A DNA stretch of 64,000 nt from the human T2T-CHM13v2.0 reference genome, Homo sapiens: NCBI RefSeq assembly GCF_009914755.1, contig NC_060931.1. One strand, written 5' to 3'. Shown piece after piece: positions 47,156 to 61,002 of this stretch. The stretch's first letter is position 1, and each line of letters begins with the position of its first letter. A program made the translations under genes and the position numbers. Below the pieces are notes generated by a model. The model did not search any database. It was not told where the DNA came from and saw nothing but the letters and a program-made list of their open reading frames with translations.

Positions 47156-47262
47156 GTTTATTTCAATCAGGTTCTATTGTCCTTTTGTGTGGAGGCTAGC
47201 CCAGCTTGCTAAATGCTTGTGCCCAGGCGTGAGTGACTATTAAACAGAAAACAAAAAATATA

Positions 47263-47539
47263 GTTTTTTAAAATTAGTTTTTTATTTCAATAGTTTTTGG
47301 GGTACAGGTGGTTTTTGGTTGCATGGAAATGTTCTTTAGTGGTGATTTCTGAGATTTTATGCACCTGTCACCCGAGCAGTGTATACCATACCCCATATAT
47401 ATAGTCTTTTATCCCTCACCCCTCTCCCAACCTGTCCCCCACCAAGTCCCCATAGTCCATTATATCACTCTTAAGTCTTTGCGTCCTCATAGCTTAGCTC
47501 CCACTTAGAAGTCAGAACATACGATATTTGGTTTCCCAT
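47263..47539 (-). mobile_element. L1PB-like 3' end fragment
   Basis: tttttggggtacaggtggtttttggtt...ttctttagtggtgatttctgagatttt...gtcctcatagcttagctcccactt. Confidence 0.85.
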
Positions 47540-49050
47540 TAAAAGTGTGTTTTGTATTTGGTGACTTTTCCCCTAGTCCCTCTTTGTCTCCGTTAATGAG
47601 TGCAGGATATGAGGTAGAAGAGGTCCAGAAGCCATTTGCCTTTCAGACTCTTTAAATGAGGCACAAAAGGAGGTGCTTCTGGGGGTGGAGAAGAAAGAGA
47701 ACTCGATGTAGCAGGGGTCTGGCATATGGAGAGCAGGCTGGTCCCAGAAGGGATCCTTCTAGGCTCATTAAAGGTAATTTGCTTCCAGACCCTGTGGCCG
47801 TCCCCTGTGCAGAAGAATGGCAGACGGCCTGCATCTGGAGAATTCAGAGGACTCCGAGTTAGGCAAATGAGCCACCTGCTCAGTTCCTTCTTTGCAGAGG
47901 AAAATGAGTGGCTCCTAGTTGCTGGGGGAAAGAGCAAGGCCGGCAGAGGTTGTATCGGTGTCACTCCCACCCCCAGTGAACTTGCCAGTTAAGCCTTCCT
48001 CCACCACATGGACAGTCCCATCACTGGAGACAGAGCCAATCTCACTGACCTCCTTGAATCTCAGCCACAGGTAGAATCTGGTCATCAGCAGCTGCTCATA
48101 GGCCCCACTGTGGGCGCCTCTCTATGTCGTTGGCTCCCTAGAGTCACAAGGTCACCATTTCTATGTAAGCTTTGTCAAAGAATGTGACTTCACATAGTCT
48201 GAGAGTGGTTGCTGACAGCTGATTTAACAGTGAGTTGATGGTGACATACATTTAAATTGGGGGCCCTTAAGCCAGAACTTCTCTCTTATCCCTTAAAGAG
48301 AAAATAGGCAAATCACCCACAGAGAATGGCTCTCCCCTCCTGCTGTATCGCAGGGAGTCCTGGGTATACCGATGTCTGTGCTGACCAATGATTTGCCGAA
48401 TACATGCTTTTACAGTGTGGCTTTGTCTTTGTACTAAAACAATGTCAAACTGTACATTTCAATAACAAGGCATGGATGTGATTTCTGAGCCATCAGTGGA
48501 AATGGATGATTGGACAAAATGATGCTATGGGACATCTCTCACCGGGAGAGATTGTGTCCCTATCAGGGCTGATACTTATGGAGAGTCTATGATTCATATT
48601 TATGTCAGAAGAATGGAGTCAGGCTGTGCTGTGCTCTGGGAAGATGCAAGAAGTAAGACAAAGGAACAGGAGCCAGTGTTTTTCAAGGTCCTGTGAAGAT
48701 CCAAAGGTAGTTTTAGGCATTTGATGAAGATTGGCTTAATTTAGTCCGACGAGATTGTTCCTGATCCTCTTGGGGAATCCTACTTCCCATCTGCCTGGCA
48801 AGGGAGCAAGAGGCAGAGTGTGGCCAGAAAACTGACTTTTAAAAGGTTGGAGCAAATTGGGTTGGGGAAGCAACACATTCACCTTGGAGATGACTCAAGA
48901 AGTTGGGATTCAACATGCTGACCCAGTCATGATCTGCACCAATGGCATAGGCTCTCCTTGGCTTGTGCTCTTGGCTTTGCAGCTGTGTTGCAGCTCCAGC
49001 AAGAGTAAAGAAGCTGTAAATATATCCCAGGTACTTCTTTTCCCCTACAA

Positions 49051-49204
49051 CAGAGGTTCTCAAGTGAGCAACCACAGGCTGCAAGGCCGGCCACCCTGTT
49101 TCTGATTGAGTATGGCTTAGGATGAGGCCTGAGAATGTGCATTTCTAACAAGCTCCCTACTGATGCTGCTGCTGTGGGTCCAGGGATCTCACTGAGAGCC
49201 TCTG
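49051..49204. mobile_element. MER5A-like hAT MITE
   Basis: cagaggttctcaag...ggcctgagaatgtgcatttctaacaagctcc...tgatgctgctg; degenerate 8-bp TSD ccctacaa / ctctacag. Confidence 0.75.
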
Positions 49205-50110
49205 CTCTACAGCACCCTGAGAGAAGGAGGCCCAGCTCAGCATTTGCAAAGGGCCAGGTTTCTGTGGGTCGTGTGGAGTTCTTCCAGTTGCTTTCCTCTT
49301 CTCACTTCCCCACTCATTACCGAACAGGCTGACGAGCGTAAGGACAACTGCAGATTCTCTTTTCCTTCTGATGCGTTATAATTCAATCCTCTCAGCACTT
49401 TTTAGCACATTTTTATTTTCTTCCTTAAAAAAAAAAGGAGGGCTCCAGCGTCCTTGAAGACAGATCCCTTTTTAGCTTTGCTTTGGGGGTATTCTCACTG
49501 CCTGTAAACAAGCGTCTTAGGGAGTCCCGTCTCCTGTGTCTGGTGGGGAGTCAGTGAGTAAACAGTCATCTGTTCTCAAAGGTCAGGCTGAGACCCAGTG
49601 TCCGGCAGCACCGGGTCCTCAGACCACTACTGTTCTGATGGCAAATGTTGAACACCAGCACCCGGGGAGATGCTAACGAAGGTCAAGGTGGTGCCAGGCG
49701 CAGGGAGGCTGTTGAAAATGTTGATTTAATTAGTTAGATGCAGTGAGGGATGCAGGGAGGGCTGCTCAAGGGGTTCTTGTATTTCTATATGTGTGATAAA
49801 ACTCCCTCTGTAGCAACAAACTTAGTTCCAAATCCTAGTTTTATAAATTGCCTCTACTTGACAGAGGGGTGAAGGTCATTGTGAGAGTACAGGCTCAATC
49901 CTTCAAAGTCTCACTTATAAAAAGGGCATAATGAGAGTCTCGACATCCAAGGGAGAGGACTCTTTGAGCATTTAGCACTGGGCCTGGTGTGTGGTGAGCA
50001 CTCCATGACTAGTGGCTGCTCCTCTCATGGATTTGCAAGTCCAGGCAGCCTGTTACAAGTGGTGGGTCAGAGCCTCGCTGATGTGCTTGGGGAACAGGGT
50101 CTTCCTCTAC

Positions 50111-50258
50111 TCCTCTTGGCGCAGGAACGTGGCAGACACTGGCAGGCAGCAGGATCTGGTTATTAACGGGAGCCTGAGCAGTCACGCAGGGCTACAGAGA
50201 CTCCCAGTGAGGCTTAGTGTCCGGAGTCACGGTGCAAGGTGTTTGTCCCTAGGAAAAT
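50111..50258 (+). repeat. 148-bp local direct duplication, copy 1
   Basis: Ungapped match to 51807-51954 with 9 mismatches by manual alignment. Confidence 0.95.
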
Positions 50259-51806
50259 AATGGCCTGGACTTTACAGAGCTCAGAGAAGCAGCAGGGATT
50301 AGGATGTCACCCAGGTGTTTGGACTAAATGCCAAACGTGAGAGAACCCCCACAACTGCCTTCCCTCCTCCTGTCTCACCTCAGCTTTGTGCCATGCTTTC
50401 GGGGCACATTGCTGCTGCTTCATGGGTGTTGCTGTGGTGACAGGTGCGAGAGAGGACAGCTTGAGGTTGGGACATGCCAGCCATTCCCACATCCAGGGGG
50501 CCTTGGGGATCCCAGAGGCTGGAGATTAAGGACAGTGGGGACATAGGCCAGTGGGTCCTTGGTCCTGATTTGGCATTTGACAGTTCCTTGCTCTAGGTAT
50601 TCACTGTACCTAGGGGGCAGAGCTCCTGGAGCCTCCTCTTGGATTCCTTTCCAGGGAATTTCACTTCAAAATTGACCTTCTTTTGTCTCCATCTTTTGGG
50701 ACCCCAAAGGCTCTCAGTGTACCTCCATGTCCCTAGAGCCGTAGTGGGAGTAACCTGGGGGCTCAGCCTGGATTCCCAAGGCCGGGCAGCTGTGGGCTTC
50801 TACCACAAGGAGGAGGAGCAGACAGGCACTGTCTCTGGCAAGAAGGAAATGCCGCTCCATGCAGAGCCCTGTAGTGGGCTCTCGCGAGCCTGGCTTCTCC
50901 TTTGGCATGGCGTGTTTGACTGGGAGGCTTATTTCTTTGAAAACAAAATTACAGTAACCATTTTCCATACAGGAAATGGCAAACACCCGGTGCCGTGAGT
51001 GAGTGAGGCTCCTTGCGTGTGGGTGGATGAGAAGGAGCAGAGCCTTGGAGAGTCGGCACGCTCCTTCTCTGGTTGCTCCCCAGGCTCTGCCTGGTTTTGT
51101 TCAAGGTGGGCGGGATGCCTCTATGGAGGAAGCCAACAAGTGTTTCCTTTTAGTCTCTTTCCAAAGGGTCAGTGTGGCCATTTTAGGATCTCCTGCGATG
51201 TGTGCATGTGTGTGTGTTGGGGGAGGGGGGAGAGGGTTATTAAACTTAAGGCCCTAGATATTTTGATTTGCAACTGACTTCCTCTCTCCCTCCCATACCA
51301 CTGAGAATCCCTTTGTGTCATGAGAGCTGTTACTCCCAGGACATGTTGTGCTTGTGAATGACTTTGAGGCAGAGGCAAGGTAAAGAAACACTGCCTGCAT
51401 TCATTCATTCACTCACTCCAAATCACTTACTGAGCCCCTGCTATGTACCAGGCACCCTCTTAAGCACTGGGGATACTGACATGAGTAGTAGGCTGAAAGA
51501 AAGCACTTGTTCACATCCCTGGATAACTTGCCATCCAGGTGAGCACGTAAGAGCCTGATTGGAGAGAAAAAGGGGCTGACAACACTCTGTTAACTTTGGA
51601 GGCCATCACTGTCTGTCTGGGACTCTGCCCCATATAAGATGGTTGGAAGTCAGGGATATTCAAGGCATCTGCACTAGAGTTGTTTTCACTCAGTTGACCA
51701 CAGCTGGGGGTGCAGAAACCTGGGTTATGCGTTTAATCTTCAGAGTGACCGGGTGACTGACCAAAGAGAAAAAAATAACCCGTAGGTAGACATCTTACAA
51801 AGTATG

Positions 51807-51954
51807 TCCTCTTGACACAGGAACGTGGCAGACACTGGCAGGCAGCAGGATCTGGTTATTAACGGGATCCTGAGCAGTCATGAAGAGCTACAGAGACCCC
51901 CAGTGAGGCTTAGTGTCCGGAGTCATGGTGCAAGCTGTTTGTCCCTAGGAAAAT
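51807..51954 (+). repeat. 148-bp local direct duplication, copy 2
   Basis: Ungapped match to 50111-50258. Confidence 0.95.
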
Positions 51955-54900
51955 CACCTAGGGAGATGAGGCTCAAAGCAGCCCAACACACAACACACGT
52001 CTAGAAAACAAAGAACTCAAGTGGGAGTTACAGATGTGAGTTGAAGGTCTAGAGTGAGTTGTATCCAGGGAAGCTCCCTGACTCCAATGATAATGGTATT
52101 GAAGGTCTCCTCAAGGTCAAGGGTTTACCCCTAGCTTTATGGTTCAAAGCCTGATCCAGCCAGGATCATGACAGCAGATCCAATGCTTGAGAAAATTTGC
52201 TCTAAACAAATGTATATGCTTGTGGATCAAATCAGATATTGAAAAATGCAACTATCATGCAGATAAAATACATTGTAATGGCTCTCACCTATCTCTTCCT
52301 ATAGAACAATCTTCATGCCAATTGTCAATAGAAGATTGTTTGGTGAGGAGCTTGGAATCGGAACGAGGTGCACTAATTAGATGGTTTAACAGCCTCAAGT
52401 TGTAAGAGACTGAAGAATCATGGCCAAATATGGGATATAGGGCCCACGAGCTCTGATGAACTTGAAATGTGCCAACTTCTTTTCTGATGGCATGATCTAG
52501 CTTCATCTGTTCATACGTTCAGTTCAGTCTTATAGATTTGGGAGTCATTCTGTCTTTTTCTGGAGACTTTGGCTCGCTACTGTGGTCTTTCTTGCATCAA
52601 TCTTATGGTTTAACAGGACAACCTTACCTCCCCTGGAACTTTTTTGTGTCCTTGTATACTGCCAAACAAGAAAAAAATTATGTGCCATCCTCAAGCACAC
52701 AGACCAGCCCACTGATCACTGATTTTAAATTGGTTGACTCAGGTTAGAAATTCTTCTTCCTCTTACAGATGATAGAACTTTGTCAGTAAAGTGAAGGAGG
52801 CTGACTTACCCCGAGGCATTTGATTTGTGAGTTTCATATTACCATGTCACCAGAGAGTTCTTTCGAGGTGCTGAGTGAAATGAGATTATCTCTCTTTGTT
52901 GTTTTTAAGCCACAAAAATGCTGGGAAGTTGTCTCAAGGTTGGACTGATAGGCATTTCTGGGCTAAGGTAGCTCATATCATCTAAACTTTATCAATCTCA
53001 CCCTTTATCTGATCAAGAAAATATTTGTCTCTTCTCTGGCTTTTTTGTAGCTGATGCCTTTCCAATCACATCAATTTCATGTCAATTCTTACATTTCCCC
53101 CCAATAGTCTCCATATACATTTATTAACCGTGGCCTTTTTATGTTTCTATTATGAAGTCTCCTTAGGCCAACTCATTCCTATTTTAGCCCTTTTCCTGGG
53201 GGTGATATTCAACATACTTAACTTGTGCTGTGTACTATGGAGGCTGTAGCTCCCGTGGGTGGCCATGAAGGGCAACCTTGGGAAAGTGCAGGCTGTTGGT
53301 CAGGCAGCCACCCCCTCAGGGGACCAGGGGGACACTGAGTGTCTGCCAGGGTCTGGGGCAGAGGTGCAGGAGCCATGGTGGGATGGGGGGCGTCTGGTGG
53401 GCTGGTGACCTGGCAGGTGCCACGGTGGTTTCCAACTGTGCCCACCAGGGTTCTGGGAGCCAGGGCAGCCGGATGATGGTGTGGGAGGCACGAGGGAGCT
53501 CGTGGCGTTAGATATTTACCGACTGATTCCATCTGCCCTTTCCCTCCCTCCTCGTAGCTTTCAGTTTCCCAGTGTTTTCTAACAGATTCTCAAACTGAAT
53601 CTCAAATGCACACACGAGGGAACTATCCTCCTTCTTGTTCCCCTGTCCTTGGAGTTTTCCTACTTTTCAAAAATACAAGGAAAAGAAACAGAAAAGATGC
53701 CTTTGATTGACATCAGAAGAAAACATTAGTAAATCAATTAACTATAATCTATTATTTAATTAGATCCCAAATCCTCACAACCATTGTTTTAATGATTTTT
53801 ACTGGACCAGACCATATGGAACTCACATGTGATCCAAGTCCCTAAGGCCTGACAGTCCGCTCCCTTCCCTTCCTGGCCTCCAACCCCTGTTGCTACTTCT
53901 CCCACCTGCCCCCTCTCCCCGCACCCTGCCCTGACCTGCCGCCATAAGCCTGTTAGGAGTCTCTATGGAAGAGCAATATCTTTGCTGGGAGCAGCTGCAG
54001 GAATCATTCCAGCTGGGTGCACCCTGTGCTTAGGGCCCCATTTACTTCCAACCTAATTGGATGTGATTGATACCTAACTCATCATCCCCTCACCCTGTGC
54101 CCTACATCTCAGAGGGGACTGGTGATGATGGTGTGAGGCAAAGGCTGGCTTCTTTGTTAGCGCCTTTAGCAGGCACAGACACAGAACACCACTTGGGACG
54201 CGGTCATCGTGTGTCTCCTCATTTCCGTCTTTGCCAGGCATCAGGACAGAATACCAGAAGACTGGGCTGGTCCACGCTGCCGTTACAACACCAAGTAAAT
54301 AACTCCAAACTCATGCGGTTTTTGTTATGGCCGATGCCAACTAGTTTCAATAGAAGAAAACCCTCCAGGCTGCGGCGGCAGATTTCCTTCTAATGTCGGC
54401 TAGACATTTCATAAGACGTCTCTGGTCCCAAAGGAGCTTAGAAGAGAGAGGGGCTGGCTGGTGGAGGGCATTCTGATTCCTAGAAAAACATCCTGGAAAC
54501 ATGTTCCTTTGATGGGGATCATTTTTCAAAGTCTGGAAGACACTTCAGAGCAGAGAGAGGATGTGGCTGCTAGTCAGTAGAAGAATAAAACACTTTGCCT
54601 TTGTTTATTCTCATCTCTTGCTTTTCCTATTTTTTTTTTCTAGTCCAGGGATCACAGACTGGATGCCAGGAGGCCGAACCTGGTCTTCAGCTGTCTTTTG
54701 TTTGGCTAGCACATTTTCTAAACTTGCGTTTGAAGGCCTTCAGCTGGGTGTGTCTCTAGTTCACCAGAGCTCACACATGTGTTAACTTTCTGGTCCTGGG
54801 AGTCATTTGAGTTTATCCACCCTGTCACCTTTATGCCAGGTATAGAACAATGGCTAAATCTGTTCATTCATGACTGATTCTCATCCTTTCAGGACACATT

Positions 54901-55204
54901 TCAAGGTCATAGAAAATGTCTCTTCATCTGGAGGGAGAGCCCATTGTCAGAGATCAGCAGCTAACAAGGCCAGCAGGCCATGTCCGTGGCATTGGAGGCT
55001 TCCGTGGTGTGACCCCGCTCCAGGGCATTGTTCCCAAGGAGCACAGCACACCCAGAGCCCCTGGAGTGCAGCACGGGCTGTGGTCTGTAAGGATGCTTTT
55101 GGCTCTAGCCTGTTGGGTCTGGCCATTAATTATACTGACCTGGTGGTATGCAAAGCTTATGCCCACCTTGTCAGGGGTTGGGTGGATAATAAAATCAAGA
55201 CTAC

Positions 55205-55544
<340 letters not shown>

Positions 55545-56574
55545 CTATTTTGGACCTGGTCGGTGGCTCTTGCAGGTAGAATCCAGCATCTGCATGCCTG
55601 TGGAGGATGCACTAAAGCCTCAGGGGTCCAAGAGGGTGCCGAAGCCCAGGAAGGTGTGGCTGAGAGTGCAGAGACCTTGAATGTGAGCCCAGCTTCCCAG
55701 CCTGTGTCCCCCAGCCCAGCCCGAGGCTGCAATGAACTGTCTTTTTCTCATTCTGTCTCTCTCTCAAATCTTTTCCCATGTAAGGAGGGAACTGCTAGCT
55801 TGACAGGCTGGCCTCTTATCCTTAATTTCCCCAGGAAAGAAGGGGTTAGGGAAAGCTTAGCCAGGGAGAGCAATTCGTTTCAAAAACTCAAACTAACCTG
55901 TGTTCGCCTTCCTGACCTCCAGACTATTTTAATCTTGTAAGTGGTAATGATGTGTGTGGAGAACAATTTTGTTGTTTACTGAGGCAGTTGAGTGATAATT
56001 GCAGAGAAAGGAGAAAGCAGAAGGCTTGTTCTACATACTGTATTTCTCGCTGTCGTTCTCTATGCTAATAGACGCCCTAATGTTGTGTCTTGTGAATAAA
56101 GATGACAGACCAGGAGAGGGGGCACAGCAGGGGATGAGAGACTGAGGGAGGCAAGCCTAAAGAAAAATCTGGACCACTCCCACCACCACCAAGAAGGAGG
56201 AGCAGAATTGGACTGGCACAGTGTTGGTGCCAGGGTGGGTACAGGGTAAAGAGGGTGTGCTATATACATAGTTCTCTGCCTACAAGATGGGGTTCCGGTT
56301 CTGCAGGCTTTATGTGAAATAAAGCTGTGGATGGAAAGTTCCTTCTGGTGTCAGATCAAAATGTTTTCTGCTGTACTGTGACAAGGATAAAGATAGACCA
56401 CATGGGACAAATGTAAAATGATTTCATTATATTCTACCTTCTTAGGTTCACCCATTTGTTCATTTTTGTGTGACGACAGTTCATTAAACATTTATCATAC
56501 TTGAAATATCAACCCATATTTCTCTTTAATAATGTATATCCCTTAAATTAGCTTCTTGTCACTGACAGATATAG

Positions 56575-57090
56575 AATTTAATTATTTATTATTTATTTAT
56601 TTTTAATTTATCCTTTGTTGCCTATATTTAAGGTGTACAACATGATGTTTCGGTACACATATACATAGTGATATGATTACGACAGTCAAACAAAGGTGCA
56701 TATCCATTGCCATCCATAGTTACCTTTTGTGTGTATGTAGTAAGAGCACATCAAATGTACCACTTAGCAAATTTTCAGTAGATCGTACAATGTTATGAAC
56801 CACAGTCCTCCTGCTGTGCATCAGACCTCTAGGCTTATTCATCCTACACAACTGCAACTTGGCACTCTTTGACCTACTTCTCCCCACTTCCTCCTCCTCC
56901 CTTCCTCCAGTAACCACTGTTCTCTCTCTATTTAGTTGACTTTTAAAAAATATTCTGCATATTAGTGAGATCATACAGTAGCTTTCTGTGTGTGGCTTAT
57001 TTCACTTAGCATAATGTCATCAGTTTCATCCATGTAGTAATTGGCAAGATCTTTAAAGGTATTGCCTTAAGGCTGAATAATTTTCTATTA
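56575..57090 (-). mobile_element. L1MA-like 3' end
   Basis: atatttaaggtgtacaacatgatgttt...gtgagatcatacagta...ggcttatttcacttagcataatgtc. Confidence 0.85.
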
Positions 57091-57384
57091 GATACAGAAT
57101 GTATCAACATCCCACTGTATGTAGGAGCCTATACATACATTGAGATCAGAAGTTGGAGTGCAATAGACAGTCTCATTGAATTGAGAGAGAACACGTGTCT
57201 TGCATCTGAAGGATGCTTTGGATGCAAGGGAACAAATGTGGATAAGTTATAGATGATGTCATGGCTTGGTGGAACTGGCTGCAAAACAGGCTGGGACATG
57301 AAGAGGTGAGGTTGGCAGGGAGCACAGGGAAGGTACTGGAGCCATAGAGGGCTTGGCCTGGGGGTCGGTTCACCCCTGCAGGGT

Positions 57385-57550
57385 TATACAGGCTGGGATC
57401 CCAGAGCTTTTCCACAACATCCCCCAGGGTTGGGGATCAGTGGATGGGTAGGCAGTTGAATCAGCATCTCCAGTGGTGGAGATAGGACTTCTCATTTTTA
57501 ACAAGCTCCCAAGTATCCCTGTGTACACCGAAGATTGAGAACCTCTGAGC
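57385..57550. mobile_element. MER5-like fragment
   Basis: gaatcagcatctcc...cattttaacaagctcccaagt...ttgagaacctctg. Confidence 0.55.
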
Positions 57551-58040
57551 TATAGAGTACCTAGCGTGGTGCAGCACGGGTGGCTGTCCACGGGGCTTGC
57601 ATGGAGGATGGACAGGGCGACAGGCAGTCCCAGGCAGTAGGGAGTGATTTGGGGGGTCTAGATAATGTGTTCAGTTAGAAAAAGCCCCCAGGCTCTGACC
57701 AGGGGATACAGTCAGCTCCATTCTCCCAGAGGAGGCATTGGGGGACACCCAGCTGTGGGGCAGGTGTTGGCAGAAGGTGAAGACCTAGTGGATATGAGGA
57801 TGTTCAGGCTCCTCTGCAGGCACCAAGGATCGGTGGCAGCACAATCTGTTCCAGGTTCCATCTCTTGGTGGCCCGAGGCTCCAAGTCTCTTACCTGCCTT
57901 GGTCAGCCCTGGCTCCGGGGTTTGATAAGTGGAGGCTGCAGGTGATGGGCACAACATTTAAGGCTGAGTGGGGAGGGGCAGGGAAGTCAGACATCAGCAG
58001 GACAAGGGTGACCTTGGAATTGAAGATAGGAGAGATTTGA

Positions 58041-58348
<308 letters not shown>

Positions 58349-60330
58349 TGGGAGAGCACTTTTCAAGTTTCCAAAAGAATTCTCCAAAAAAGTAGGAAGA
58401 CTCTCAAATATTGTTACAGAACATCCTACTCTTTGTTGGGCTTGTTTAGAGTTCAAAAACTTAGAATTTCTGAGCAGGTGGGACCATGCCCAGGAAAGCT
58501 TTGACCTTGCCAGTGTTGTCAGCAGGAACAGGGTCATGTCAGACAAAAGGAAGGGCCAGTGGGCTTCTTTTTCTGATCCTGATGGAGGGGGCATCCCAGA
58601 GCCCCCATTTACTCCATTCTTAAACTGCAATCAGGGCTGGCTTTAAGAAAAGATGCTCCATTTCAGAGCAGCTCATCCGGACCACTAAGTTGTACATCAA
58701 AAACCACAGGCTTTTTCTTAGTTAAACTTCTCTTGGCTAAAGTCTCCCCTTGGACGAATTCCCCAGTGCAATTCCTACAGCCAGCCTATCCAATTAGAGG
58801 ATATTTGACTCGCAGGATTCTTGTCTAAGAGAGACCAAATCTTTCACCTAAAAGCCAGGTCTCTGTGGCCCACAGCCTATTGTTTTGTTCTACCTTTTCA
58901 AACAATTCCTGAGTCAGAATAAAGGGCAATTTTCTAGGACAAAGCAAACATTGACCAAGAAAGACTCTATTCTCCCGTTTGGATTGCTTACAAAGAGTGC
59001 ACAGGCACCTCCCTGAAGGTAAAACGTTTTCCTTTGATTGTACGCAACACACTTAGCCAAGACAAATCAGGACTCCACACTGCCCCGCCCTTCCAAGTCA
59101 GCACACAGCCATGATTCTCTGAGGCAGGAGGAGAGCAAAGAACTGGCAAGACTTTTTGTACTTGAAGTGTAACCCTGCAAAACACAATGCCTTTCAGCCA
59201 CTAAGTCTATGAATTTGTTCATTCATTGACTTTTTAAAGCAACCTTTCCTATCCCCACTCTGTGTAATCTGGAGATCTTCACCTTCAGCATCTTCTGTTT
59301 CTAGGGCATTTAAATTGGGAGGAAGTGGGGAGGCCATTAGGCCCTGCTGAACTTCCAGCTCAGCTTTCCACCTCTCCTGTCCTTTCCCTCATCTCAGAAA
59401 GAGCTCAAGATGCTCTTGACTGTTAAGAAGAGAGGAATTCTGGCGGTGCTCCTTGGGGCTGCTTTTTTGAGCCCTCGGTTAAAATAATCGGAAACTATCT
59501 AAATATTAAATACACACACGCATGCACACACATGCACGCACGTGCACCATTTTCATGAGCAGAGAAGGAAGAAGGAGGTGGCAAAGGGAGCTGGTTCTGA
59601 GGTTTTGGAGAGTGTGATAATGCCGGGAGTATCTGACCCAGCTGGCCTGTGAGGGGCAGAGGGACCCAGAAGAAAGCCGTGCAGACGTTACCTTCCACAT
59701 TGTCAAACACAGAAGCATCCGGTTCCCACAGTCCCCTGGGGATATCAGGAAACTAATGATGAAAGCAGTTCCCCTACCCAGGCATCCTTCCAGAAAAACA
59801 CCTTGAATAATTGTGACATTTGTGCTGCTCTTTATGGTAAACCAAACTCCTTAGCTCTCTTATTCTTGTTTTATCCTTACACACGTGTTATCTAAATACA
59901 TTATCATTGTAAAGAGGTCAGAGAACTTGGAAGTATATTGTCTTAGTGTAGGCTCCCTAGAAAAAAGAGCTGGAGAAAAGCTTATTGTGCTAATACTTGT
60001 GCTAGGAGCAGGGAGACCAGAGAAGCAAAACTGAAGGAAACAGGTACTGCAGGCAGGAAGGAGGGAGGCATATACAAGGCGGGAGCTCCCAAGGAGGCCA
60101 CAGGTTCACAAGAAAATACGGCAAGCTGGGTGGTTTCTGTCATGTGGGACGTCTCCCAGGAACCAGTTACACCCCAAGGAGCCCCTCCCATCTCTTTCTT
60201 TCAGGGGTCCAAATTTGTACCCAGGCCACACCACCTGATTCCTCAGGAAATCAGCCTCCATGAACTTGGGCAAATCCAGCGCTGTCCACCATGGCAGGCA
60301 CCTGAAGTCTGGCAGTTGATTGTATGGTGA

Positions 60331-60620
<290 letters not shown>

Positions 60621-60621
<1 letters not shown>

Positions 60622-61002
60622 TGAGACTAATTTATAAGAAAAGAGGTTTAACTGGTTTTGCAGGCTCTACAGAAAGCATGGCAACATCTGCTTTTGGGGA
60701 GGTCTCAAGAAACTTTCAATCATGGTGGAAGGCAAAGGGGGAGTGAGGCGTCTTACATGGCCAGCGCTGGAAGAAGAGATTAGAGAAGGTGGAGGTGCTA
60801 CGCACTTTTAAACAACCAGATCTCGTGAGAACTCACTAACTATCACGAGAATAGCACTAAGAGGGCATAGTGCTAAACCATTCACGAGAAATCCACCTCC
60901 ATGATCCAGTCACCTCCCACCAGGCCAGGCCCCACCTTCAACACTGGGGATTAAAATTTGACATGAAATTTGCTGGGGACACAGATCCAAATGATACCAC
61001 AC
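60621..61002 (-). mobile_element. MSTA/B-type MaLR LTR missing one terminus
   Basis: ctgagactaatttataagaaaagaggtttaa...catggtggaaggcaaaggg...aaacaaccagatctcgtgagaactcact...gggacacagatccaaa. Confidence 0.88.

Noticed and set aside
50111-51954. Duplication as an LTR pair or CRISPR-like repeat
   Set aside because: Only two copies, no TG...CA termini, PBS/PPT, TSD or internal coding region, and no repeat-spacer periodicity.
52424-52433. Perfect CArG box CCAAATATGG
   Set aside because: An isolated 10-bp degenerate motif is expected by chance in 64 kb; there is no supporting context.
59938-60330. Possible ancient ERVL-type LTR
   Set aside because: Resemblance is limited to the first ~80 bp; a Dfam search is needed.
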